Source: Planctomycetota bacterium (GTDB lineage Bacteria; Planctomycetota; SZUA-567; H5-PLA8). Taken from it: a stretch of 30,592 bases of DNA. Numbering within the stretch: position 1 is the stretch's first letter; each line of letters opens with the position of its first letter. Below are positions 1-8,876 of this stretch, piece by piece. The notes beneath the pieces are model-generated. The model ran no database searches and was not told the DNA's origin. It saw only the letters and a program-made list of their open reading frames with translations. The stretch spans positions 1-30,592 of the forward strand of contig BTVV01000072.1 of NCBI GenBank assembly GCA_045863855.1, written 5' to 3'. The translations under genes and the position numbers were made by a program.

Positions 1-1
1 T

Positions 2-193
2 CCGCGTCCGAGCAAGGAGATGCTGCTGAAGCGCTTCGATGCGGACGGCGACGGGAAACTGAGCGAAGCCGAACGCGAGGAAGCGCGGATGGCCTTTCAG
101 AAGCATCGCGGTCCGCGTGGCCCGCGTCCGGAAGGGTACGGCCCGCGGCCCGGACCCGGCGGCGAACGCCGGCCTCCGCCGGTCGACTTCTAG
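2..193 (+). CDS. 3' end of an EF-hand-containing protein (partial, runs off the window start)
   Basis: Frame 2 reads ...KEMLLKRFDADGDGKLSEAEREEARMAF...GPRPGPGGERRPPPVDF* with TAG at 191-193. It has a canonical EF-hand loop DADGDGKLSEAE and a Gly/Pro/Arg-rich tail. Not listed in the ORF track. Confidence 0.8.
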   Translation, partial: PRPSKEMLLKRFDADGDGKLSEAEREEARMAFQKHRGPRGPRPEGYGPRPGPGGERRPPPVDF

Positions 194-345
194 ACCCCGA
201 AGCGGGACGTTGCGAAACGAGTGCGGGCGCGGCCGGAAACGGCCGCGCCTTGTTGCTTGGACGCGCCCGCCTCGGGCGGATAAGCTGACTGCTTCGCGCG
301 CACGGATCGTTCCGCAACGAACCCGGCGCGGCCTGAGGATCGGCC

Positions 346-1074
346 ATGGCCGCCAAGAAGCAGCTCGCACTGGTCACGTTCGATATCGACGACACGCTTT
401 ACTCCACCACCGACTTCGTCCGGCTTGCGCGGGAGAATTCGCTCAAGGCCATGCTGGCCGCCGGTCTGAAAGTGGACCTCGAACGCGCGCGGATCGAACT
501 GGAGGAGGTGGTCCACGAGTTCACGTCCAACGACGAGCGCCACTTCGACCGCCTGCTGCAGCGCCTGCCTTCGGAATGCCTTGAGGACTGCAACCCCGCG
601 GTGGTGATCGCTTCCGGCGTCGCCGCGTACCACGACACGGTTTTCAACCACCTGACGCCGTACGAAGACGTGGTCGAAGGGATCCGGAGGCTGCATCAGC
701 TCAAGTACAACATGGGCGTGATCACGCAGGGCTGGACGGTGAAGCAGGCCGAGAAGCTCGTGCGGCTGCGCGTGCTGCCGTACTTCAACAAGAAGGCGCT
801 GTTCCTCAGCGATCAGCTTGGGATGAGCAAGGCGAACCCCAAGTTTTTCCAGCGTTCCGCGTCGACGCTGGGCCTGCCGAACGAGCACTGCATGCACGTC
901 GGCGACCGGCCGGACCGGGATATCGAACCGGCGAACAAAGCCGGATGGTTGACGGTGCTGAATAAGCGCAGCGGGCGCTACCACGAACGCGTGTGCGAGA
1001 CGCCGCCCGCGTACATCGTTCACAATTTCTGGGATCTGGTGGAGATTCTGGAGAAGGAATTCGAGCCGGCGTGA
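346..1074 (+). CDS. HAD-superfamily hydrolase (subfamily IA, likely phosphatase/nucleotidase)
   Basis: Motif I FDIDDTL, motif II ITQG, motif III Lys (SKANP), motif IV HVGDRPDRDI; GAGG RBS upstream. Confidence 0.9.
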   Translation: MAAKKQLALVTFDIDDTLYSTTDFVRLARENSLKAMLAAGLKVDLERARIELEEVVHEFTSNDERHFDRLLQRLPSECLEDCNPAVVIASGVAAYHDTVFNHLTPYEDVVEGIRRLHQLKYNMGVITQGWTVKQAEKLVRLRVLPYFNKKALFLSDQLGMSKANPKFFQRSASTLGLPNEHCMHVGDRPDRDIEPANKAGWLTVLNKRSGRYHERVCETPPAYIVHNFWDLVEILEKEFEPA

Positions 1075-1102
1075 AGTAGGCCGTCCAAGTCCCGATTTTA
1101 TC

Positions 1103-1130
1103 TTGCACCGCAACGCCGATGCTCTACCTT
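1103..1130 (+). promoter_or_regulatory. Putative sigma70-type promoter of tRNA-Glu
   Basis: TTGCAC-N16-TACCTT, about 35 nt upstream of the tRNA. Confidence 0.45.
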
Positions 1131-1165
1131 CTAACCCCTTCAACGCCTGACGTTGGGCGTACGGC

Positions 1166-1243
<78 letters not shown>

Positions 1244-1375
1244 ATTATCTTTCTGGCGTGACTCGCTCCGCGATCCACCTGCCGCCTCAGCCCCCTCGGT
1301 TGCATCGCCTGTCGACGGCTCTATCTTTATGGTCTGTAGACTCCCTTCACGAGCCGTGGAAGGATATTCGAATCG

Positions 1376-2842
1376 ATGACGCAAGCGCATGAGTCTTGGG
1401 ATAAGCCCTGGAAGCGCTGGCCTGGGCAGCGTTACGCCGACGCGCCGGCGCCCAGCGCCGAAGAGCGCGAAAAGATCAAGGCTCGGGAAGCGCAGGAACG
1501 AGACCGCGCCCGCGAGGCGCGCGCGCGCGATCCGCGCCCCAACATTCTGTTCGTCTTCAGCGATCAGCAGATGGCCCAGGCGCTGAGTTGCGCCGGGAAT
1601 CGCTGGGTCAATACGCCGCACATGGATCGCCTGGCCGACGAAGGCGTGCGCTTCGCGCAGTGCTACTGCGTCGCGCCCGTCAGCGGGCCTTCGCGCGCGG
1701 CGCTCATGACCGGCCGCCTGCCGCACGAGAACGGAGTCGTCTTTAACGGCGAGTCGCCCAGGCCCGAACTGCCCAACTTCGGGCAAACCTTCCGCGCAGC
1801 CGGCTACGCGACGGTGTACAGCGGGAAGTGGCATCTCCCGAATAGTTATCCGCAAGGCGACGACGCGATCCCCGGCTTCGACCAGATCAATCGCCCCAAA
1901 GATCCCCGCAACAAGCACGGGCTCGGCGACGTGAACGATTTCGGCTTCGCGTTCGACGCCGATTTCTTTCTGCGCTACGCGGCACCCCAGATCGGCATCC
2001 CATGGCTCTACACCGTCTCGCTGCACAATCCGCACGACATCTGCCAGTTCGCCATGCGCAAACCGCGCAAGCATCGCAACCTGGATCTATATCCCCCGCT
2101 CCCCTCCAACTTCGAGATCGATCCCGAGGAAGTCGACTTCCTGCGCATCGGCCGCGAATCCAAGAGCACGCACATCGAGATGGCGCCTTCGCGCCCATGG
2201 GACGGCGATCAATGGCGCGCGTATATCCAGGCGTACTACCGCCTGGTCGAGCAGGTGGACCGCGCGCTAGGTTACATCCTCGATGCGCTCGACGAGAGCG
2301 GGCAGGCCGATAACACGCTCGTCGTTTTCGCGTCCGACCACGGCGAAGGCTGCGGCGCGCACCGCTGGCCGTGCAAGCTCGCGCTGTACGAAGAATGCGT
2401 GCGCGTGCCGCTGATTCTGCGCTATCCCGGGCGCATACCCGCGGGCCGCGTGGACGACACGAGCCTCACGTCGCTGCTCGATCTGTACCCCACCTTCTGC
2501 GATTTCGCGGGCTTCGCGCCGCCGCCGGTCCGCGGACAAAGCCTGAAGCCAGCGATCGAGGACCCGCGGGCCGCGTGGCGCGACTTCGTGCCCGCCCAGA
2601 TCGCCGCGTACCGCGGCGACGAACACCAGCGCCACGGCCGTATGCTGCGCACCGCGCGTTACAAGTACAACGCGTACGATATCGGCGCGCGGCGCGAGGA
2701 ACTCTACTTTCTGGAGGCCGATCCGGGCGAGACGCGCAACTTGGCCCGCGACGGCGCGCACGCTTCCGCATTGACCGAACACCGCGCCCGCCTGCGCGCG
2801 TGGCTCGCCGAGACCGGCGATACTTTCGCGGTGCCCGAATAA
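1376..2842 (+). CDS. Formylglycine-dependent (S1) sulfatase, Ser-type, no signal peptide
   Basis: RPNILFVFSDQ, signature SGPSRAALMTG, GKWHL, HNPH, SDHG, K..LYEE..RVPL, ELY....DPGETRNLA. Confidence 0.92.
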   Translation: MTQAHESWDKPWKRWPGQRYADAPAPSAEEREKIKAREAQERDRAREARARDPRPNILFVFSDQQMAQALSCAGNRWVNTPHMDRLADEGVRFAQCYCVAPVSGPSRAALMTGRLPHENGVVFNGESPRPELPNFGQTFRAAGYATVYSGKWHLPNSYPQGDDAIPGFDQINRPKDPRNKHGLGDVNDFGFAFDADFFLRYAAPQIGIPWLYTVSLHNPHDICQFAMRKPRKHRNLDLYPPLPSNFEIDPEEVDFLRIGRESKSTHIEMAPSRPWDGDQWRAYIQAYYRLVEQVDRALGYILDALDESGQADNTLVVFASDHGEGCGAHRWPCKLALYEECVRVPLILRYPGRIPAGRVDDTSLTSLLDLYPTFCDFAGFAPPPVRGQSLKPAIEDPRAAWRDFVPAQIAAYRGDEHQRHGRMLRTARYKYNAYDIGARREELYFLEADPGETRNLARDGAHASALTEHRARLRAWLAETGDTFAVPE

Positions 2843-2846
2843 GGTC

Positions 2847-2875
2847 TTGCGGCATTCGCGCGCTCACGTTAAAGA
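2847..2875 (+). promoter_or_regulatory. Putative promoter for the ankyrin gene leader
   Basis: TTGCGG-N17-TAAAGA; the implied start near 2882 coincides with the first hairpin of the structured leader. Confidence 0.4.
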
Positions 2876-2880
2876 AACCG

Positions 2881-3002
2881 GCGCAGCGTTCAGGACGCTC
2901 CCGGTCCGCGGGAAGGGCAGAGCCCACCTGACCGACGTACAATCGACGATCCTCCTTTCGGCCCAGCCAGCGGACACCGGGCTCCAGCGAAAGGAGGCCA
3001 AT
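2881..3002 (+). ncRNA. Candidate structured cis-regulatory leader RNA with anti-SD helix and pseudoknots
   Basis: AGCGT(2885-89)/ACGCT(2895-99) hairpin; loop TCAGG complementary to CCTGA(2927-31); GGGC/GCCC hairpin (2915-25); GTCCGC(2904-09)/GCGGAC(2970-75); CCTCCTTTCG(2951-60)/CGAAAGGAGG(2988-97) covering the SD. Confidence 0.65.
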
Positions 3003-4397
3003 ATGGCCTTGCCGTTACCGTCCCGTCCGTCCGTCGAGCAATTGAAGAAGCAGGCAAAGGAACTCCTGCGCGCGTGGCAATCGCAAGACGCCCCGGCGCT
3101 CGAACGCCTGAAGGCGTCGCATCCCGAGTATGCGTCGAGGCCGCTCGCGGACACGAATGCCTTGGCGCTCGCCGATGCGCAACTGGTCCTCGCGCGCGAA
3201 TACGGTCATTCGAGCTGGCCGAAGCTGAGGCACGCGATCGAGAACCTGAACGGGCAGTCCCAGGACGAGGTGGACGCATTCATGAGCGCCGTGCGCGCCG
3301 GGGATCACCCCCAGGTTCGCGCGAAACTCGAAGCCAACCGCGCGCTGGCCTGCGCCTTCGACCGCCACGCCTTCGACGCCAACCCCGTCACGCTGGCCGC
3401 GTCGCGCGGCGACTTGAAGCTGGTCGATCTGCTGCTCGAATTCGGCGCGGACATCAACAAGCCCAGCCGCTGGTGGGCCGGGGGCTTCACGCCGCTGCAC
3501 GGCATCTTCTGGCACGACCGCAAACAGGAACTGGCCGATGCGCTGATCGCGCGCGGTGCGGTGTTGGACATTCATTCGGCGGCGGGCTTGGGAAAACTCG
3601 AGGCCGTGCGCGCGTGGCTCGCGAAAGAACCGTCGCTCGTCAACGCGCGCGCCGGCGACGGGATGACTCCGCTGCATTACGCGGCCACACCGGAGATCGC
3701 GGCGTTCCTGCTCGAACGGGGCGCCGAGATCGACCTGCGCGACATCGACCACGGCGGCACGCCCGCGCAGCATGCGGTCAAGGACCGCCCGGACGTGGCG
3801 CGTTTTCTGATTCAGCGCGGCGCCAAACCCGACCTCTTCATGGCCGCGGCCCTGAACGATCCGGCCTTGGCCGAAAAGTTGTACGCCGCCGATCCCGGTT
3901 GCTTGAAGGCCCGAATCGGTATGGGCGAATTCAAGCTCAAGGATTCGGACGGCGGGCACATCTATTGTTACGTGGCAGGAGGGGAGACGCCGTTCCAGGC
4001 GGCCGCGGTATCCAATGCGGTTGAGATGGTCGACTGGCTGGTGCGGCACGGGGCAAACGTGAACGAGCGCGCCGGCTACGACGACGGCACGGCGCTGCAC
4101 TTCTGCGCCTGGAACGACAGTTTAGAGGGGGCGCGCAAATTGCTCGATCTGGGAGCCGAACTCGAATGCCGCAGCGGGAAGATCCACGAGAATACGCCCA
4201 TGGGCTGGGCCATCGTCAGCGGTTCGGCGCGGGTCGTGGAGCTTTTCATCGAGCGCGGCGCGAAGTTGCTGGACTACTACTTCGACGAGGTCCGCAAGGG
4301 CAAGGCGGGCGAGTTCCGGCCGTTCAAGCACGTGCCGCTGGAACGCTACACCGAGATCGAGGCGGCGCTGCTGGCGGCGAAGCAATCACGAGGTTGA
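3003..4397 (+). CDS. Ankyrin-repeat protein with a small N-terminal helical module
   Basis: True start ATG 3003 after AAGGAGG. Multiple ankyrin motifs (GFTPLH, GMTPLHYAA, GETPFQAAA, GTALHFCA, NTPMGWA; LL..GADIN). N-terminus LPSRPSVEQLKKQAKELL...LADAQLVLAREYGHSSWPKL. Confidence 0.9.
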   Translation: MALPLPSRPSVEQLKKQAKELLRAWQSQDAPALERLKASHPEYASRPLADTNALALADAQLVLAREYGHSSWPKLRHAIENLNGQSQDEVDAFMSAVRAGDHPQVRAKLEANRALACAFDRHAFDANPVTLAASRGDLKLVDLLLEFGADINKPSRWWAGGFTPLHGIFWHDRKQELADALIARGAVLDIHSAAGLGKLEAVRAWLAKEPSLVNARAGDGMTPLHYAATPEIAAFLLERGAEIDLRDIDHGGTPAQHAVKDRPDVARFLIQRGAKPDLFMAAALNDPALAEKLYAADPGCLKARIGMGEFKLKDSDGGHIYCYVAGGETPFQAAAVSNAVEMVDWLVRHGANVNERAGYDDGTALHFCAWNDSLEGARKLLDLGAELECRSGKIHENTPMGWAIVSGSARVVELFIERGAKLLDYYFDEVRKGKAGEFRPFKHVPLERYTEIEAALLAAKQSRG

Positions 4398-4412
4398 ACG
4401 CGGGACTTCAAG

Positions 4413-4447
4413 CCGCGGGCGGCCTGGAGGTCAGGGGCCGCTCGCGG
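4413..4447. other. GC-rich hairpin between convergent genes (possible terminator or mRNA-stabilising stem)
   Basis: CCGCGGGCGGCC(4413-24) pairs with GGCCGCTCGCGG(4436-47) with one G-U pair; no U-tract. Confidence 0.45.
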
Positions 4448-4476
4448 AATGCGTTTGCAGGCGACCGGAGTAATGC

Positions 4477-5202
4477 CTACTCCGCCGTCGCCGCGGGCCG
4501 CTTGCGCGAGATAATCACGACCACCGCCAGCACCACGAAGATCAACGCGCCGATGGCCAAGACGGCCGTCGTATTCAGCTTGGCCACGCTGAAGCGCGCG
4601 CGCAGAACGCCGCTACCCTTCTGGCCGCCTACGAAGTCCGCAAACGTGCCTTCCCACACCACCGTATTCTTGCGCTCCACCTTGTCCCCGTTGTGATCCA
4701 GCAGCTTGCCCGGGCCGGTCAACTTCAGCGTCACCTTGCTGTTCATCGTGTCCTTCTGCGCCTTCTCTGCCAGTTCCGCCGGCGCCGCCAGCTTGCGTTC
4801 GAAGATCCAATCGTCGTTGACTCGGCGCAGGGAGATGCCGCCGAAAACCTGCTCGACTTCCGCGTGGCCCTTCCAGGCCGAGAACTTATCGAGATGCTCC
4901 GCCCGGAAGGTCCCTTCGAACGTGGCGCGGTTGGTGCTCTCGTTGTCCTGCTTCACGAACTTTTCCAGCACCAGTCCCGCGGGCTTCTCGGCCTTCAGCT
5001 TCTCGCCGTCCTCCACCGGGTTGTCCCACGACGCCTCGGACGCCAGCTTGGTCAGGAGCCCCTGCCGGCCGCGCTCGAAGCTGTAGACCAGCGTTCCCGC
5101 GCCGTCTTCGTCGAAAGCGATCTCCTCCTGATAGGTGAAGCACCCGCATAGGCTCCACAGCGCCACGAACGCCAGCGCCGCCTGCATTCGCTTTCGAAAC
5201 AT
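4477..5202 (-). CDS. Putative lipoprotein with C-terminal transmembrane anchor (LppM-like)
   Basis: Start ATG 5202: basic N-region, hydrophobic stretch, lipobox-like LCGC; 'DEDGAGT' and 'LTGPGKLLDHNG...VVW' pattern; C-terminal TM helix followed by SRKR. Confidence 0.7.
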   Translation of the reverse strand: MFRKRMQAALAFVALWSLCGCFTYQEEIAFDEDGAGTLVYSFERGRQGLLTKLASEASWDNPVEDGEKLKAEKPAGLVLEKFVKQDNESTNRATFEGTFRAEHLDKFSAWKGHAEVEQVFGGISLRRVNDDWIFERKLAAPAELAEKAQKDTMNSKVTLKLTGPGKLLDHNGDKVERKNTVVWEGTFADFVGGQKGSGVLRARFSVAKLNTTAVLAIGALIFVVLAVVVIISRKRPAATAE

Positions 5203-5340
5203 GGGGAGGCTCCTATTCGAGGAATGGCCCCGGTTGTCTGAGGGTCGCATCGATCCGGCCGGTGCGATTGAAGCATGCAGGCGCTGCCGGGTTCGGACAT
5301 GCGCGGGCGCCGCACGAGTCTAAATATCCTAGCTTCGCGC

Positions 5341-5838
5341 TCAGCGCACCTTGACAGGGCGTCCGTCGCCGATACCGGCGGGGCCGGCGGTGGTCACATC
5401 CTGGCTGGCGCGCAGGCGCCCGGTGGCAAAGGACGGATCCTTGGCATAGTTCAGATTGTTCGCGGCTTCGAAGACCACGTAGTTCTTGCCCAAGTCGTAC
5501 AACTTGTCGGTCGGGTAGGGCTTCAGGGAGATGTTTTGCGTGCGCTCCTTGTCCGATTTCAAGATCGCGGCGTTCAAGGCTGCGAGCCGTTCGGCGCGGC
5601 GGGCTTGGACGTTCTGCTGGACTTCGGCCGTCCACAGCCGCTGCAGCGCGCTGGACGGGATCGGCTCGGGCGCCGGTTGCGGTTCGGTGCGCTGGCAGGT
5701 CAGGCGGTGCTGTTCGACGCCCTTGCGCAGTTCGGCGATGAACGGCGACTCGCCGCCTTCGGCCGGCGCGGCATCTTCGGCGCTTAAAGCCAAGGGAGCA
5801 AACAACGCGACGAACGCAAACGCATGAACCAGGCGCAT
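5341..5838 (-). CDS. Secreted hypothetical protein
   Basis: ATG 5838 with GAGGGA RBS; signal peptide MRLVHAFAFVALFAPLALSA; host-like codon usage. Confidence 0.7.
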   Translation of the reverse strand: MRLVHAFAFVALFAPLALSAEDAAPAEGGESPFIAELRKGVEQHRLTCQRTEPQPAPEPIPSSALQRLWTAEVQQNVQARRAERLAALNAAILKSDKERTQNISLKPYPTDKLYDLGKNYVVFEAANNLNYAKDPSFATGRLRASQDVTTAGPAGIGDGRPVKVR

Positions 5839-5943
5839 GAGATTTCCCTCGTTGGGCATCGATAAGCAGGCCCAGTATAGCGCGAAATCGAAACGCAACC
5901 CAGGAATTTCAGGCCGAATCGGACGGCTAATGCGGCTCTGCGA

Positions 5944-6546
5944 TTACTCTTTGAGTTCGACGTTCCAGTAGGCTTCTTCGAGGAATTGCTCCCACGAAGC
6001 CTTGCAGCGCGGGCCGATCTTGAGTCCGATCCGCGTGGCCCACTTGGGCTTCACCGGCTTCTTGAGCATGCGCATACCGGCTTCTTCGGGAGTGCGGCTG
6101 CCTTTGCGCGTATTGCAGCGCACACAGGCCAGAACCACGTTTTCCCAGGTGCTCTTGCCCCCTCGGCTGCGCGGCAGGACGTGATCGATGGTCAGGTCGG
6201 TGCGGTCGAACTTCCGGGCGCAGAACTGACAGGTGTTCCCGTCGCGCTCGAAGATGTTGCGCCGGCTGAAGCGCACGTCCTGGCTGTAGAGGCTGTTGTA
6301 AGCCGTGAGTACGATGATCTCGGGGACGGCCAGCTCGAAAGTAGCCGAGCGGATCCGCTTGCCCGATTTGGCCTCGTCGCTGGCTTCGACCCAACTGTCG
6401 AAATCGTAGGTGGAATAATCCTTCGGATTGACGATGCGGGCGTAGCCGCCGTAAACCAGCGTCAGCGCGCGCCGTACGGTGGCCACATTGACGGCCACCC
6501 AACTGCGATTGAGGACCAGCACCTTCTCGGAGAGTACACCCACCAT
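5944..6546 (-). CDS. HNH endonuclease (McrA-like, N-terminal VLVLN type)
   Basis: VLVLN start, FSRRNIFERD, CQFC, TIDHVLPRSRGGKSTWENVVLACVRCNTRKG; likely start ATG 6546. Confidence 0.92.
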   Translation of the reverse strand: MVGVLSEKVLVLNRSWVAVNVATVRRALTLVYGGYARIVNPKDYSTYDFDSWVEASDEAKSGKRIRSATFELAVPEIIVLTAYNSLYSQDVRFSRRNIFERDGNTCQFCARKFDRTDLTIDHVLPRSRGGKSTWENVVLACVRCNTRKGSRTPEEAGMRMLKKPVKPKWATRIGLKIGPRCKASWEQFLEEAYWNVELKE

Positions 6547-6807
6547 AAAGTGGAACTCGCTGCGGGGCCGGGAGTTCTCGCCGCACCGGCCAGCCGGGAC
6601 CCGGAAATCATCCTGCGGGAGCACGAGTGTGCTGTCAAGCAGACCCGCCGGTTGGCATTCTAACGCAAGGCGGCCGTGCGCTCATCGAAAATCTACGCCA
6701 AGCCGTTACCCTTCCTTGGCTTCCATGAAGACGCAGAGAAGTGCGTGTAATGCGCTTGGTGCGGAAAGCGCTTCCAAGCTGATTTCCAAGCCTGTGCGGA
6801 AAATCAA

Positions 6808-6835
6808 TTGACGGGCGCGGAAAGCTGCCTAAGTT
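6808..6835 (+). promoter_or_regulatory. Putative sigma70-type promoter of the 6915 gene
   Basis: TTGACG-N16-TAAGTT in an AT-richer divergent intergenic region. Confidence 0.5.
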
Positions 6836-6914
6836 ATTAGTTTTGCACAGTTTGGATTCACAGGTCGAAGTCCACGCGGTGCCCTTTGTGGCCCACCGCA
6901 GCGGAGGACCGTCT

Positions 6915-8876
6915 ATGCGCTCGCCCGGGTTTCTTTTGGCGATGCTGGTGGCCGGCTTGCTGGCCGGCAGCGGCAAGCTGCATGCGCAGCAATTGATCGA
7001 ACTGGAAGAGATTCCGGACGAGGCCAAGAAGGATACGGAGTACCTCGACCACCTCGAGAAGAAGAAGGCGATGCGCGAGCGTCTGGCCGAACAGGATGCG
7101 CAATTGCGCAGCTCGTTCGAGGACCGCGTCAAAGCGCTGGAGACCGAACGCAAGACCAAGCTCGAACCGCAGGCCACCGCCACCGTTGAAGTGGACGGCC
7201 AGACCTTGAATGTCACCGAGCCCAACAGCGCGGAGCAGGCGCTGGACCTGAAGAAGCCGGTGCGTGACCATTACGAAGTAAGCCCCGACGATTTCTCGCT
7301 GTACGAGCACGACCGCTGGTCGCTGAACAAGAGCGATTTCCAGTTCGACCGCCCGCAGTACATCGTCGCCGACGGGCAGGTCGGCCGCACGAAGCGCTGG
7401 TTCGTCTTCACCTTCTCGATCACGAACAGCAGCACCAAGGCTCGGCGGATCGCGCCGGTGATCGTGGCGGTGACCAACAACGGCGCGTTCACCCCGGCCG
7501 TGGGCGGGTTCATTCCCGAGCGTCTGGCCGCTGACAGCACGTACCACCCGCTCGCCCACGGCAAGGCCGCGCGCGACGAGATGTGGCTGAAGGAAAACGT
7601 CCTGCCTATGGAGTCGCTGAGCAACATCCACAGCCACCGCTTCGGCGCCGAAGGCTTCCAGCCGCTGGCCAATCCGCCCGAACCGATGGCGACCTTCGCG
7701 CCCGGGCAGACGCGCTGGGGCGTGGCGGTTTGGCCGAGCTTCGACGATGAACTGACCGAACTGAAGCTGGTCGTCCACGGGCTCAGCAACGCGCACCGCT
7801 ACGACCGCAAGCAGCGCCACGCGCTGGTGATCGGCTTCACGCGCAATGACGACGAGTTCCACGTCGAGCGCAGCATGCTGAAGTACGGCAGCAAGGAATT
7901 CGAGTACCTCTGGATGTGGGACCAGGACCTGACGGTTCCGCTCCCCTCCGACCCCAACGACGCGCGGATCAAGGAAAAGAAGCTCGCCACGCCTTCCGGC
8001 GGCGAACGCTTCCTCTGGACCTTCCCGTACGAGATCGCCAACAGCAGCCCGACGACGCAGAGCATCAAGGTCAAGGAAGTGGCCTTCGCGCTGCGCGGCA
8101 GCGAGAACAAGGGCGTCGAAGTGGACGTGGGCGGCCAGAAGGTTCTCGTCGAGGTCAAGGTCGTCGACGATGGCCGCAGCAGCATCTACAAGGCCCAGTT
8201 TCTGCGCGAAGCGAACCTCAGCGATCCGGCGAAGGAGATCCACCGCTTCGCGCCTTCGGCCGAGAACCAGAAGTACAAGCTGCCCGGCGGGATGGTTTTC
8301 ACGATCAAGACCGGCGAGAAGATCGAGAGCCGCGCGGTCTTCGATGCGCAGGACGTGGACTGGACCGACGTGCGCCAGCAGGTCGAAGACCAACTCAGCC
8401 TGGCCAAGGACAAGAAGGCGGCCAGCGAAGAGACCTGGAAGCAGGCGACGAAGAAGATCGCTAACGAGCACAACAAACTGGCGGAGCAGAACCCGGGCAT
8501 CCTGTACGACCCGCGCCGCAAGCTCACCGACGACCACGTGGTCCTCAAGGACGGCCGCAGCTTTACCGGACTGATCAAGGTCAACAGCGGCGAAGCGCTG
8601 CAGATCGAGACGCCTTCCGAAGGGCTGCTGAGCTTCACCAAGGAGCAGGTCGAGACGGTGACGGAAGGCGAGTTCAGCGCCGTACGCAAGCAGGTGCTGG
8701 AAGCGATTCCAGCGGCCGTCGAGGCCGCCAAGCAGAAGAAGCGCGTCACCGCCTACTTCTCCTGCGAAGCGGGCATCAGCACCGGCAGCTACCGCATCGC
8801 GCGCTGGTACCGCATCCCGGGCAAGATCGACGAGGAATGGCTGAAGGCCTGGGAAACGCTCGACGCAGGCGAGTAA
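6915..8876 (+). CDS. Large secreted hypothetical protein (coiled coil plus two beta-rich, Ig-like domains)
   Basis: ATG 6915 after GGAGG; signal peptide ending KLHA-QQ; charged coiled coil; strong host codon bias; followed by an intrinsic terminator. Confidence 0.82.
   Translation: MRSPGFLLAMLVAGLLAGSGKLHAQQLIELEEIPDEAKKDTEYLDHLEKKKAMRERLAEQDAQLRSSFEDRVKALETERKTKLEPQATATVEVDGQTLNVTEPNSAEQALDLKKPVRDHYEVSPDDFSLYEHDRWSLNKSDFQFDRPQYIVADGQVGRTKRWFVFTFSITNSSTKARRIAPVIVAVTNNGAFTPAVGGFIPERLAADSTYHPLAHGKAARDEMWLKENVLPMESLSNIHSHRFGAEGFQPLANPPEPMATFAPGQTRWGVAVWPSFDDELTELKLVVHGLSNAHRYDRKQRHALVIGFTRNDDEFHVERSMLKYGSKEFEYLWMWDQDLTVPLPSDPNDARIKEKKLATPSGGERFLWTFPYEIANSSPTTQSIKVKEVAFALRGSENKGVEVDVGGQKVLVEVKVVDDGRSSIYKAQFLREANLSDPAKEIHRFAPSAENQKYKLPGGMVFTIKTGEKIESRAVFDAQDVDWTDVRQQVEDQLSLAKDKKAASEETWKQATKKIANEHNKLAEQNPGILYDPRRKLTDDHVVLKDGRSFTGLIKVNSGEALQIETPSEGLLSFTKEQVETVTEGEFSAVRKQVLEAIPAAVEAAKQKKRVTAYFSCEAGISTGSYRIARWYRIPGKIDEEWLKAWETLDAGE

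Noticed and set aside
5944..6546. HNH gene as part of a CRISPR, restriction-modification or mobile system
   Set aside because: No cas genes, methylase, repeat array or element boundaries nearby; it belongs to a common standalone family.
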